Shown: positions 46,593 through 55,800, numbered from the stretch's first letter. The stretch is 64,000 nt of DNA from Acidimicrobiaceae bacterium (GCA_026706815.1 JAPOYA010000005.1:2720-66719), one strand, 5' to 3'. Notes: generated from the letters alone by a model not told the origin. Translations and numbers: made by a program.

Positions 46593-47894
46593 TCAGGCGT
46601 CGATGCCCAGCGCTTCGCGGACGAGGTACTGGTCAACGATCGGTACGCCACCAAAGCGCCCTTGGAGGTATCCGCGTTCGAGGTTTGTCGATTTCCGTAC
46701 GCGGTCTCCACGGAAATCTGACAGCGGCGTCAAGGCAGTGCTGCCGTCCGCTCCTTTGTCGGTGAGCCACACTTCGTCGCGATTCAGATGGCCGAGCAGG
46801 CTCGTGTCGTGCGTTGTGAAGATCAACTGCGCATTGTGGCGGTTGGTGTCGGGGTCCTGGAACATCTCGACGAGCTTTCCCGAAATCGCCGGGTGCAGGC
46901 TCGAGTCGAGCTCGTCCATCATCAGTGTGCCGCCGTGTTGAAAAACGGTCAGCAGGTCCGGCATCAACGCCAACCAAGCGAGCGTACCGTTTGATTCTTC
47001 GCCCAGTTCCAAAGGGTACGGCGCGCCGATTACGTCGTGCAGCAGCCGCAAACGTCGTCCTCGGTAACGTCCTCGGTAACCCATCTCATCGTCAGAATTG
47101 TCAGCGACCTCCACGTCCAAAACACCGAGGTCGGCAAAGCGAAGCATGGCCAGTGCTTGCACGCGATCGATGTCTCGGTTCGACCTAGTGCTTGCTTCCG
47201 CAGCGGGCGACTCGGGAGTTGTGTCGCCAAAGACTTCGAGCAGTGATTCGTGCCAGTCGTGCCTCCCTCGACCGAATCCGAAACGATGGATTCGGATATC
47301 TGGCGGCATGGACGACTGAGGCCACACACCGATGAACTCGATCCCGAGCACGGCGGTCGCGACCGCGTCGATTTCTTCGGTCAGACGACTGGCAACAGAC
47401 AGGACCAGTGTCGTCGAGGTGATGAGCTCGCGGCCGCCTCCGGTGACTCGGGTACCGCGGCGAAATGCAACCTCGTTGCCCTCGCGGACGAAGAGCGCAC
47501 GACGACGGCCCTGCGGGTAGCTGTACAGAGCTTCGAACTGAACGGACGCGTCGACTTCGAGTTCGTAGCGGTGGCGGACTCCGTTGACCACGATGTCTAG
47601 ACCGAATCCCGTTGGGAGAGTGTCATCGCCACCGAAGGCGAAGGGGTCGCGGGGGATCTCGCGTTCCCATCCTTTCAGCGATGCCCGAATCGCATACTGC
47701 AACCAAGCGAAGCCGTCGAGGACGTTCGTCTTGCCTGAACCGTTGGCCCCGTAGATTCCAGCTACCGTCAGGGCTTTCTCGTCGCCCCAACCCAGCGGTC
47801 GTGCGGCTTCCCGATCGCGGTTCACCGCGATCATCGACAGCTCGACCGGTTCCATGATCGACCGGTGATTCGAGACCTCAAACCGCAGCAGCAC
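46593..47894 (-). CDS. AAA_21/ABC-type ATPase (RloA/AriA-like)
   Basis: 433-aa ORF with Walker A GANGSGKTN, Walker B/D-loop LMMDELDSSLHP and H-loop IFTTHDTSLL. Confidence 0.8.
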   Translation of the reverse strand: MLLRFEVSNHRSIMEPVELSMIAVNRDREAARPLGWGDEKALTVAGIYGANGSGKTNVLDGFAWLQYAIRASLKGWEREIPRDPFAFGGDDTLPTGFGLDIVVNGVRHRYELEVDASVQFEALYSYPQGRRRALFVREGNEVAFRRGTRVTGGGRELITSTTLVLSVASRLTEEIDAVATAVLGIEFIGVWPQSSMPPDIRIHRFGFGRGRHDWHESLLEVFGDTTPESPAAEASTRSNRDIDRVQALAMLRFADLGVLDVEVADNSDDEMGYRGRYRGRRLRLLHDVIGAPYPLELGEESNGTLAWLALMPDLLTVFQHGGTLMMDELDSSLHPAISGKLVEMFQDPDTNRHNAQLIFTTHDTSLLGHLNRDEVWLTDKGADGSTALTPLSDFRGDRVRKSTNLERGYLQGRFGGVPIVDQYLVREALGIDA

Positions 47895-48375
47895 CGACCC
47901 ACCCCTTTCATTCTGAAGCGCAATTAATAGTATGTTTTTGTACTATATCTGCGAAGTTTAGTCTTTACATGCACAATGGGTGCGAATCAAACCGGTGGTT
48001 GGCATCAGCTGAATCACCTTTACCTCGACAGCGACCTCCGACGGGAGTTGGCTCGACCACGCGCAGTAGGGGATTCAGTCTGGTCTGTTTCGATCTGAAG
48101 ATCCACGCGAGTTCGGGCGCCGAATCGCTCGCGAGACTTTTGAGCGCTACGTGCAGTCTCGAGAGAGCACAGAGGTCGAAGACAAGCGCTGAAGTTGGCC
48201 CGTTTTGTCGGCGTCGCCCTGTGGTCACAGGTTCAATGCATCGCTGCTCAGTCGCAGAACAGCTCTGAATTGCATCGTTTCGGCATGTCCGGTCCAGAGC
48301 GAGAGCTACGGCTGAGCCATGCATGTTCTGGACACCTCGTGCACTGACAGACGGTCCAAGGCGATATCATCAGCG

Positions 48376-48436
48376 CACCCCGCCAAGGTGAGTAGCCTTG
48401 GCCCGACGGCCCCGGCTTCGGCTGGGGCTGTTTAGC
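48376..48436 (+). repeat. ~60-nt double-hairpin element, copy 2 of 3
   Basis: CACCCCGCCAAGGTGAGTAGCCTTGGCCCGACGGCCCCGGCTTCGGCTGGGGCTGTTTAGCG. Confidence 0.8.
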
Positions 48437-48625
48437 GTCTGAGCGGAGGCGCGGCGGCAGTATACACTACCGATCGGCGTGCACCGACACGTGAAACTAA
48501 TGGCATGGCTTGCAGATCATGTGACCCGGTGTCCAATGGCACGACTCAGCTCTGTAACTCCGTTAGTGTTTCGTCAGCCAGCCCCGATGTGCCACTTTCG
48601 AGCTGGACCAACGAGATGAAGGATC

Positions 48626-49015
48626 ATGAGCACAGATGCGCCCGACATCACCACGAACGAGGCAATGACCCTCGCGCAACGACTGAGGGAGGCGCGTGAG
48701 CACATCGGCCTACGGCAAGAGGACATCGCGATGGCGCTGGATATATCGAGAGCAAGCGTGACAGCGGTTGAGTCTGGGAAGAGAGACGTAACGCCAGCCG
48801 AGCTCAGGCGTCTCAGCCGCATCTATCGACGGCCCGTGTCGTGGCTGCTCGGTGACGAGAGCGCCGAAGCCGATATGGATCCGCCGCTGCATCGCGCGAC
48901 AACAGCATTGTCGGCAACGGAAAGGGAACGGATATTGCGCCGGGCGGAGTTCCGCGCCGGAGCGGGGAGTGTTGCTACTGTCGAGCGAGGCGCGAATCAC
49001 TACCCGGGAAGCTAA
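48626..49015 (+). CDS. XRE-family helix-turn-helix protein
   Basis: 129-aa ORF with HTH LAQRLREAREHIGLRQEDIAMALDISRASVTAVESGKRDVTPAELRRLSRIY. It lies upstream of the type I R-M operon. Confidence 0.75.
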   Translation: MSTDAPDITTNEAMTLAQRLREAREHIGLRQEDIAMALDISRASVTAVESGKRDVTPAELRRLSRIYRRPVSWLLGDESAEADMDPPLHRATTALSATERERILRRAEFRAGAGSVATVERGANHYPGS

Positions 49016-49019
49016 CGCG

Positions 49020-49151
49020 GTGGCCGATACAGAAGTCACTACGAACCAGCGGATTTACGACGAACAACACAGAGAGCGGTTTGAACGCGACCACAAGGGA
49101 CGTGTCGCGTTGATGTGCTCAGACAAGATCATCGACTTCCGCATCGTTTGA
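49020..49151 (+). CDS. possible 43-aa small ORF (GTG start)
   Basis: Own translation: VADTEVTTNQRIYDEQHRERFERDHKGRVALMCSDKIIDFRIV. It is the only open frame between the XRE gene and hsdM. No family is assigned. Confidence 0.25.
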   Translation: MADTEVTTNQRIYDEQHRERFERDHKGRVALMCSDKIIDFRIV

Positions 49152-49192
49152 CAGAAATCGTGGAACTCCGCCGTGTCGGCTAAAACAGAGCG

Positions 49193-50749
49193 ATGGTCAC
49201 GGGGGAGTTGAAACGGCAGATCGATTCTGTTTGGAACGACTTCTGGTCGGGGGGCATCTCGAATCCGCTGGAGGTGATGGAGCAGCTGACTTACCTGCTG
49301 TTCATCAAGGCGCTGGACGAGCAGTAGACGCTCGCGGAGAACAAAGCGAACCGCACCGGCGAGCCGATCCCGGCTGGGGACGACATCTTTCCTGAGAGGC
49401 AGGAGTTCCGGCCTGAGGGGCGCGCTGAGGGTCGGCTGTTTGGCGACCTGCGCTGGTCCCAGTTCAAGAACCGCCCGGCTGGCGAGATGTTTGACATTGT
49501 CGAGAACTATGTATTCCCGTTTCTGCAGGTGCGGGCAGGCGAGAGCAGCCACGCCAAGCATATGCGTGACGCCCGGCTCACGATCCCCACGCCGGCTCTG
49601 TTGCAGAAGGCGGTGGACGGGCTCGATTCGGTCGAGATGCAGGATCGAGACACCAAGGGCGATGTCTACGAGTACATGCTTTCGAAGATCGCGACGGCAG
49701 GCCAGAACGGCCAGTTCCGCACGCCGCGGCACATCATCGAGTTGATGGTCGAGATGACGGCGCCCCAGCCTGATGACCTGATCTGCGACCCCGCCAGCGG
49801 AACGTGCGGCTTCCTGGTCGGCGCCGGGGAGTACATCCGGCGAGAGCATCCGAGTGCGCTCACCAGCCCCGACCAGTCAAAACACTTCCACAACGGGATG
49901 TTCTCGGGCTACGACTTCGACAACACGATGCTGCGGATCGGGTCGATGAACATGCAGCTCCACGGTGTCCAAAACCCGAACATCAGCTACCGGGACTCAC
50001 TGGCCGAGGAACACGCCGGTGATGCTGAGGCCTACAGCCTGATCCTCGCAAACCCGCCGTTCGCTGGCTCGTTGGACTACGAGGGCACAGCCAAGGATCT
50101 CTTGCAGGTCGCCAGGACGAAGAAGACCGAGCTGTTGTTCATCTCGCTCTTCCTGCGCTTGCTCAAGCCAGGCGGCCGAGCGGCGGTCATCGTCCCCGAC
50201 GGTGTGCTGTTCGGCTCAACGAAGGCGCACAAGGAGCTTCGCCGGATCTTGGTTGAGGACCAGAAGCTCGACGGCATCATGTCGCTGCCGGCTGGTGTGT
50301 TTAAGCCGTATGCCGGGGTTTCCACGGCGATCTTGCTGTTCACCAAGACGAACTCCGGGGGGACTGATTTCGTCTGGTTCTACGACCTTCAGGCCGACGG
50401 TCTCAGCCTTGACGACAAGCGCAACCCACTACTCAACGAGGACAAGCTCGGTGCGCTTGCTGGCGCCTTGACCGGCGACGAGCCCGAGAGGAACAACCTT
50501 CCCGATGCGCTCGCACGTTGGCGGCAGCGCGACGGCTCCGAAATCGAGCGGGCGGCGACTGAGCAATCGTTCTGCGTGGCGAAGGCCGACATTGCGGCAA
50601 GCGACTACGACCTCAGCATCAACCGGTACAAGCAGGTCGTCTACGACGAAGCCGACTATGAGCCGCCGACTGTGATTCTCGACGAGCTTGTCGCTCTTGA
50701 GCGGGAGATTCAGGAGGGCATCGATGACCTCAAGGCCGCGCTGGGATGA
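49193..50749 (+). CDS. hsdM: type I R-M N6-adenine methyltransferase HsdM, interrupted by an in-frame TAG at 49325-49327 (longest intact ORF 49487..50749)
   Basis: Own translation from the ATG at 49193: MVTGELKRQIDSVWNDFWSGGISNPLEVMEQLTYLLFIKALDEQ-TAG-TLAENKANRTG..., in the same frame as the track ORF. Motifs DPASGTCGF and LANPPFAG are present. Confidence 0.85.
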
Positions 50750-51702
50750 GGGGACAATTGAGGCTCGTCGTCGATCGAGCGTTTGATGAACTCTGGCAGC
50801 CACTCATGAATTATGATAACTGCCCCCCGAATGTCTTTGGTGAGGTGTTTGCCAGTTTGCGCCCGTTTCTGCGTGAGCCCGAACCGGAGTACGTGAAGGA
50901 AGACGACGGCACAATTCACAACAAAGCGGTCAACCTTGATGATCAGGCCGCACTCGCAATGAGTGACTCAGAAACAGCTGAGATTCTGCTGACCGGTTTG
51001 TCAGAGGAAGACTTTGAGTCAGAGACTGATGCCCGACGAGCCGTCAGTAGCACCTACGGTGTCCTTGTTGACGTAGCGACCGATGAATTCGCGAATAGAT
51101 ACCTCAGTCTTCTTGAGATGTTCATTGACCGATACAGCTTGCGGTACTACGTCGATGAGAGGGCGCGGCTCCGGACCTCGTTTTCGGGACTTGCTACAGC
51201 GTTGTTCGGGCAACTCCGCTTGGCGGCGGAAGGCCACCCTCATCTCTTTCAGGAACTCAGCGCGTTCGAACACGCTTTAGCTGAATGTCTTGAGGAGCCC
51301 TTGGAGGCTCGAATCAAGACAGCTATCCAGAAACAGGTAAACGTTCTCGAAGCCTTTGGTTCACAACATCGTCTCGTTTCTGGCGACACACTAGGACGCA
51401 TGCTCGAGCAGGTCGGCAGCTGGCCACACGCCAGTCTTCGCGACGCTGCGAAACAGGTTTACAAGTTTGCGTGTGACTACCCAGGTATTCGTCACGGAGG
51501 CGACTTCGAATCATCTATGCGCGCACTGGATCTGCGTGATCTAACCAGCGTCACGCTTTCACTCGTCGGGCTGGTCGCGTACATGGCTGACGGCTTCGAG
51601 GAGCAAGTTGTCTCCGCGATGCAGGGCGATCTCGTTCCGGCTGTCACTCTCAGCAACTCTTTGGCATCTCGGACTTCTGAACATGCGGGCGGAGCGAGTT
51701 AG
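50746..51702 (+). CDS. uncharacterised protein embedded between hsdM and hsdS
   Basis: 318-aa ORF. Its ATG overlaps the hsdM TGA (ATGA), and its stop is 3 nt before the hsdS ATG. GC content is visibly lower than in the core genes. No family was recognised with confidence. Confidence 0.6.
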   Translation: MRGQLRLVVDRAFDELWQPLMNYDNCPPNVFGEVFASLRPFLREPEPEYVKEDDGTIHNKAVNLDDQAALAMSDSETAEILLTGLSEEDFESETDARRAVSSTYGVLVDVATDEFANRYLSLLEMFIDRYSLRYYVDERARLRTSFSGLATALFGQLRLAAEGHPHLFQELSAFEHALAECLEEPLEARIKTAIQKQVNVLEAFGSQHRLVSGDTLGRMLEQVGSWPHASLRDAAKQVYKFACDYPGIRHGGDFESSMRALDLRDLTSVTLSLVGLVAYMADGFEEQVVSAMQGDLVPAVTLSNSLASRTSEHAGGAS

Positions 51703-51705
51703 CCC

Positions 51706-52830
51706 ATGACGTGGTCTTCTAGATCCGACGTTGCGTTGGGTGACGTGAAGTGGCCTATTGCTCGCCTTCACGATGTAGCGACCATAGAAAGGAACGCAGT
51801 ATCGGTGGATCAGATCCAGGGAGGCGAGTTTTATGTTGGCTTGGAGAATGTGACCAGTGACGGAGTGTTCGAGAACGTGGTGACGGCGGGCAAGGCGGGC
51901 TTGAAGAGCAACAAATTCGCCTTTACCGAGGATCACGTGCTCTACGGCAAGCTACGTCCGTACCTCGCCAAGATCTCCGCACCTGACTTCGCTGGTATCT
52001 GCAGCACCGACATACTCCCCATTAGACCAGGTGCCAGACTTGACCGTCGCTACTTGCTGCACTATCTGCGAACGCCGACAATGGTTACCCATGCGGCGAG
52101 CAACGCCGTGGGAATAAATCTTCCCCGACTAAATCCGAAGGCATTAGAGTCATTCCAGATTCCACTGCCACCGATTGAGGAGCAGCGGCGGATTGCAGCT
52201 GTGCTGGATGCGGCTGAGACGCTCCGGGCGAAGCGCCGTCAGGCGCTCGCCACGTTCGACACGCTGACTCGGGCGATCTTCATCAGCATGTTTGGCGACC
52301 CGATTTTGAGGTCGATGCAGTTGGATTTGGTTCCACTTGGCGACCTTCTCAAACTGAAGAGTGGGCAAGGGCTGTCGGCGAAGGCGATGCGGCCCGGTCC
52401 TCATCTGGTGTACGGCGGGAACGGCGTAGTGGGGACGCACGACGAGTACATGTTTGAAGGATCCAAAATCGTGATCGGTCGGGTGGGTGTTTATTGCGGT
52501 TGCGTCCATATATCTGAGCCACGGAGTTGGATAACGGACAACGCGCTCTACGTCAGCTGGATGAGCTCACGCCTCCGCACGACGTACCTCGCTGCGGCTC
52601 TCGATCTGGCAAATCTGAATCGACGGGCGAGCCAAGCCGCCCAGCCTCTGATCTCTGGTGGACGTATCTATCCGGTCGAGATTCCCGTACCGCCTCTCAA
52701 TTCCCAGCACGTCTTCGAGGAGAGAACCCGAGCGATCACAGAGCATCGAATTCGGATCGAAGAGGGTGCCGAGAAGTTGAACGAGCTGTTCGCGTCGCTG
52801 CAGCAGCGGGCGTTTCGGGGGGAGTTGTGA
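51706..52830 (+). CDS. hsdS: type I R-M specificity subunit HsdS
   Basis: 374-aa ORF with two target-recognition halves, each followed by a conserved helix (LPPIEEQRRIAAVLDAAETLRAKRR and PVPPLNSQHVFEERTRAI...LFASLQQRAFRGEL). Confidence 0.85.
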   Translation: MTWSSRSDVALGDVKWPIARLHDVATIERNAVSVDQIQGGEFYVGLENVTSDGVFENVVTAGKAGLKSNKFAFTEDHVLYGKLRPYLAKISAPDFAGICSTDILPIRPGARLDRRYLLHYLRTPTMVTHAASNAVGINLPRLNPKALESFQIPLPPIEEQRRIAAVLDAAETLRAKRRQALATFDTLTRAIFISMFGDPILRSMQLDLVPLGDLLKLKSGQGLSAKAMRPGPHLVYGGNGVVGTHDEYMFEGSKIVIGRVGVYCGCVHISEPRSWITDNALYVSWMSSRLRTTYLAAALDLANLNRRASQAAQPLISGGRIYPVEIPVPPLNSQHVFEERTRAITEHRIRIEEGAEKLNELFASLQQRAFRGEL

Positions 52831-55800
52831 GCGAGTCGCAGTTCTCGTTCCTCGAGGCTGAGTTTCAGCCGGAGCTCGATTCGGCGTCGCGGGCCGAGGG
52901 GTACGCGCTGTCGGACCCGGGAGCTGCAGTCATCTACGCGCGCAAGTGCCTCGAGTCGGCTGTCAAGTGGATGTACCGGCACGACCGTGCGCTGGCCGAG
53001 CCGTACGACGCGACGCTCGGTGCACGGTTGAACGATGCCGCCTTCAAGGCGCTGGAGGGTGGCCGGATCTTCGATGTGGCAAGAAAGATCCAGCGGGCGG
53101 GGAACCGTGCGGTGCACGAGTCGAAGGCGCCGTCGAAGCTGGAGACGGTCGAGATCATCTCGGCGCTGTTCCAGTTCTGCCTCTGGTTCGCGTTTACCTA
53201 CGGCCGCACCTCGAAACCCGACCTGTCGCTGCGGTTCAACCCTCACCGACTGCTGGACGCGGGCGAAGCCGAGCGGGCTTCGCTGCGCGAGCGCCAGGAG
53301 CTCGAGAAGCAGCTTGAGCATGAGACCGAAGAGCGCGTTGCAGCGCAGATGCGGCTGGCGGAATCGAGCCGTACCGCCGAGGAGCTGAACGCCGAGCTGG
53401 CGGAGCTGCGCGCAGAGGTCGCTGCGGCGAAGAAGAAGGCGGCCGAGACGGTCCCGCCGGAGGCCTTCGACTGGTCTGAGGCCGAGACGCGCGAGTTCAA
53501 GATCGACGCTCTGCTGGCTGAGGCCGGCTGGACCGGTCTCGTGGAGGGCCGTGACACCGAGTACGAGGTGCGCGGGATGCCCTCCGAGTCGGGCATCGGC
53601 TACGTGGACTATGTGCTGTGGGGCGCCGATGGCAAACCGCTCGCCGTCGTGGAGGCCAAGAAGGCGCTGACGGATCCGAAGGTCGGCGAGCAGCAGGCCA
53701 AGCTCTATGCCGACTGCTTGGAGGCCGAATCCGGCCAGCGGCCGCTCATCTACTGCAGCAACGGCTATGAGCACTGGCTGTGGGACGACACTCAGTATCC
53801 GTCCCGTCGGGTGCAAGGGTTCTGCACCCGCGACGAGCTGGCCTGGCTCATCCAGCGTCGCACGGGTTTCAAGTCGCTGGCATCACTGGACGCCGGCGAG
53901 CAGATCGTCGACCGCCATTACCAGCGGCGGGCGATCAGCGCCATCACCGAGCACTTCGAGCACAGCAACCAGCGCAAGGCATTGCTGGTGATGGCGACGG
54001 GTGCGGGCAAGACCCGCACGGTGATCGCTTTGGTGGATCTGCTGATGCGAGCCGGGTGGGTGAAGCGGGTGCTGTTCCTGGCCGATCGCACGGCGCTCGT
54101 GAATCAGGCCGTGAACGCCTTCAAGACGAACCTGCCCGACTCGGCGCCGGTGAACCTGGTGACCGAGGGCAACGTGGACGGCCGGGTGTACGTGTCGACC
54201 TATCAGACGATGGTCGGCAAGATCGACGAGTACCGGGCCGACGGGACCCGCCGGTTCGGGGTGGGGCACTTCGACCTGGTGGTGATCGACGAAGCGCACC
54301 GGTCGGTGTACCGGAAGTACCGGGGCATCTTCGAGTACTTCGACTCGCTGCTGGTGGGCCTGACCGCGACTCCCAAGGATGAGGTCGACAAGAACACCTA
54401 CGACCTGTTCGACCTGGAGACGGGCGTGCCCACTGACGCCTATTCGCTGGACGATGCCATCAAGGACGGGTATTTGGTGCCGCCCCAGGGTGTGTCGGTC
54501 GAGCTCAAGTTCGTGCGCGAGGGCATCAAGTACGACGAGCTGAGCGACGACGAGAAGGACGATTGGGACGAGCTGGACTGGGGCACCGACGATGAGGGCG
54601 ATCCGCTGGATCCGCCCGACGCAGTCGACCCCGCCGAGCTCAACAAGTGGCTCTTCAACAAGGACACCGTCGACCGTGTGCTCGAGCATCTGATGACCGA
54701 GGGCGTCAAGGTGGCCGGCGGCGACCGGCTGGGCAAGACGATCATCTTCGCCAAGAACCAGAAGCACGCCGAGTTCATCAAGGAGCGCTTCGACGCCAAC
54801 TACCCATCGCTGGATGCAGGCAACTTCGCCCGGGTCATCACGCACCAGGTGAAGTACGGCCAGAGCCTGATCGACGACTTCTCCAACAAGACGAAGGCGC
54901 CCCACATCGCGATCAGCGTGGACATGCTGGACACCGGCATCGACGTGCCCGAAGTCGTCAACTTGGTGTTCTTCAAGATGGTGCGGTCGAAGACCAAGTT
55001 CTGGCAGATGCTGGGCCGGGGGACTCGGCTGTGTCCGGACCTGTTCGGGCCCGGCGAGCACAAGACGCACTTCAACGTGTTCGACTTCTGTCAGAACCTC
55101 GAGTACTTCAGCCAGGCGCTCGTGCCAGCAGAGAAATCGACCGGCAAGTCGCTCAGCGAGATCCTGTTCTCGGCGAGGTTGGAGCTTCTGCAGACGCTCG
55201 ACTCGGTGGCGGCGTTCGGCGACGAACGGGCCGAGATCGCAGCCACGCTGCACCGGACTGTGGAGTCGATGAACCCCGACAACTTCCTGGTGCGCCCTCA
55301 CTTGGAATTGGTGGAGCGGTTCAGCACGTTGGCTGCGTGGGAGACAGTGTCATTGGCGGACTTGGCTGAACTCAATGAGCGAGTTGCCAAGCTGCCCGAC
55401 CAACTCGATGCCGACAGCGAGGACGCCAAACGCTTCGACGTGGTGATGCTGAACGCGCAGCTTGCTCTGCTGCGGCAATACCCGTTCGAGCGGCAACGGC
55501 GGCGGATCATCCGCGTTGCCTCCGCGCTGGCGGACCTTGGCACGGCCATTCCCGTCGTGGCCCGGCAGCAGGAGTTGATTGCGGACGTCCAGACCGACGA
55601 ATGGTGGGCCGACGTCACCTACCCGATGCTCGAAGACGCCCGCAAGCGGTTGCGCAACCTCGTGCAACTCATCGAGTACACCAACAAGAACATCCTCTAC
55701 AGCGACTTCGCCGATGAGTTCGGTGGGGCCAGGATGGTTGACTTGCCTGGCACCGGTGGAGCGGGTGGGGCTGGCGATGCTGGGGGCGGCGACGGCGGTG

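Noticed and set aside
48355-48375. CUGAUGA box on the minus strand next to the double-hairpin element, a possible hammerhead ribozyme core.
   Set aside because: No GAAA box or matching stems are nearby, and the box is absent from the other two copies.
52527-52826. N-terminal 100 codons of track ORF 52527..56294 (hsdR).
   Set aside because: They lie inside hsdS in another frame. The HsdR homology begins at the GTG at 52827, which overlaps the hsdS stop.
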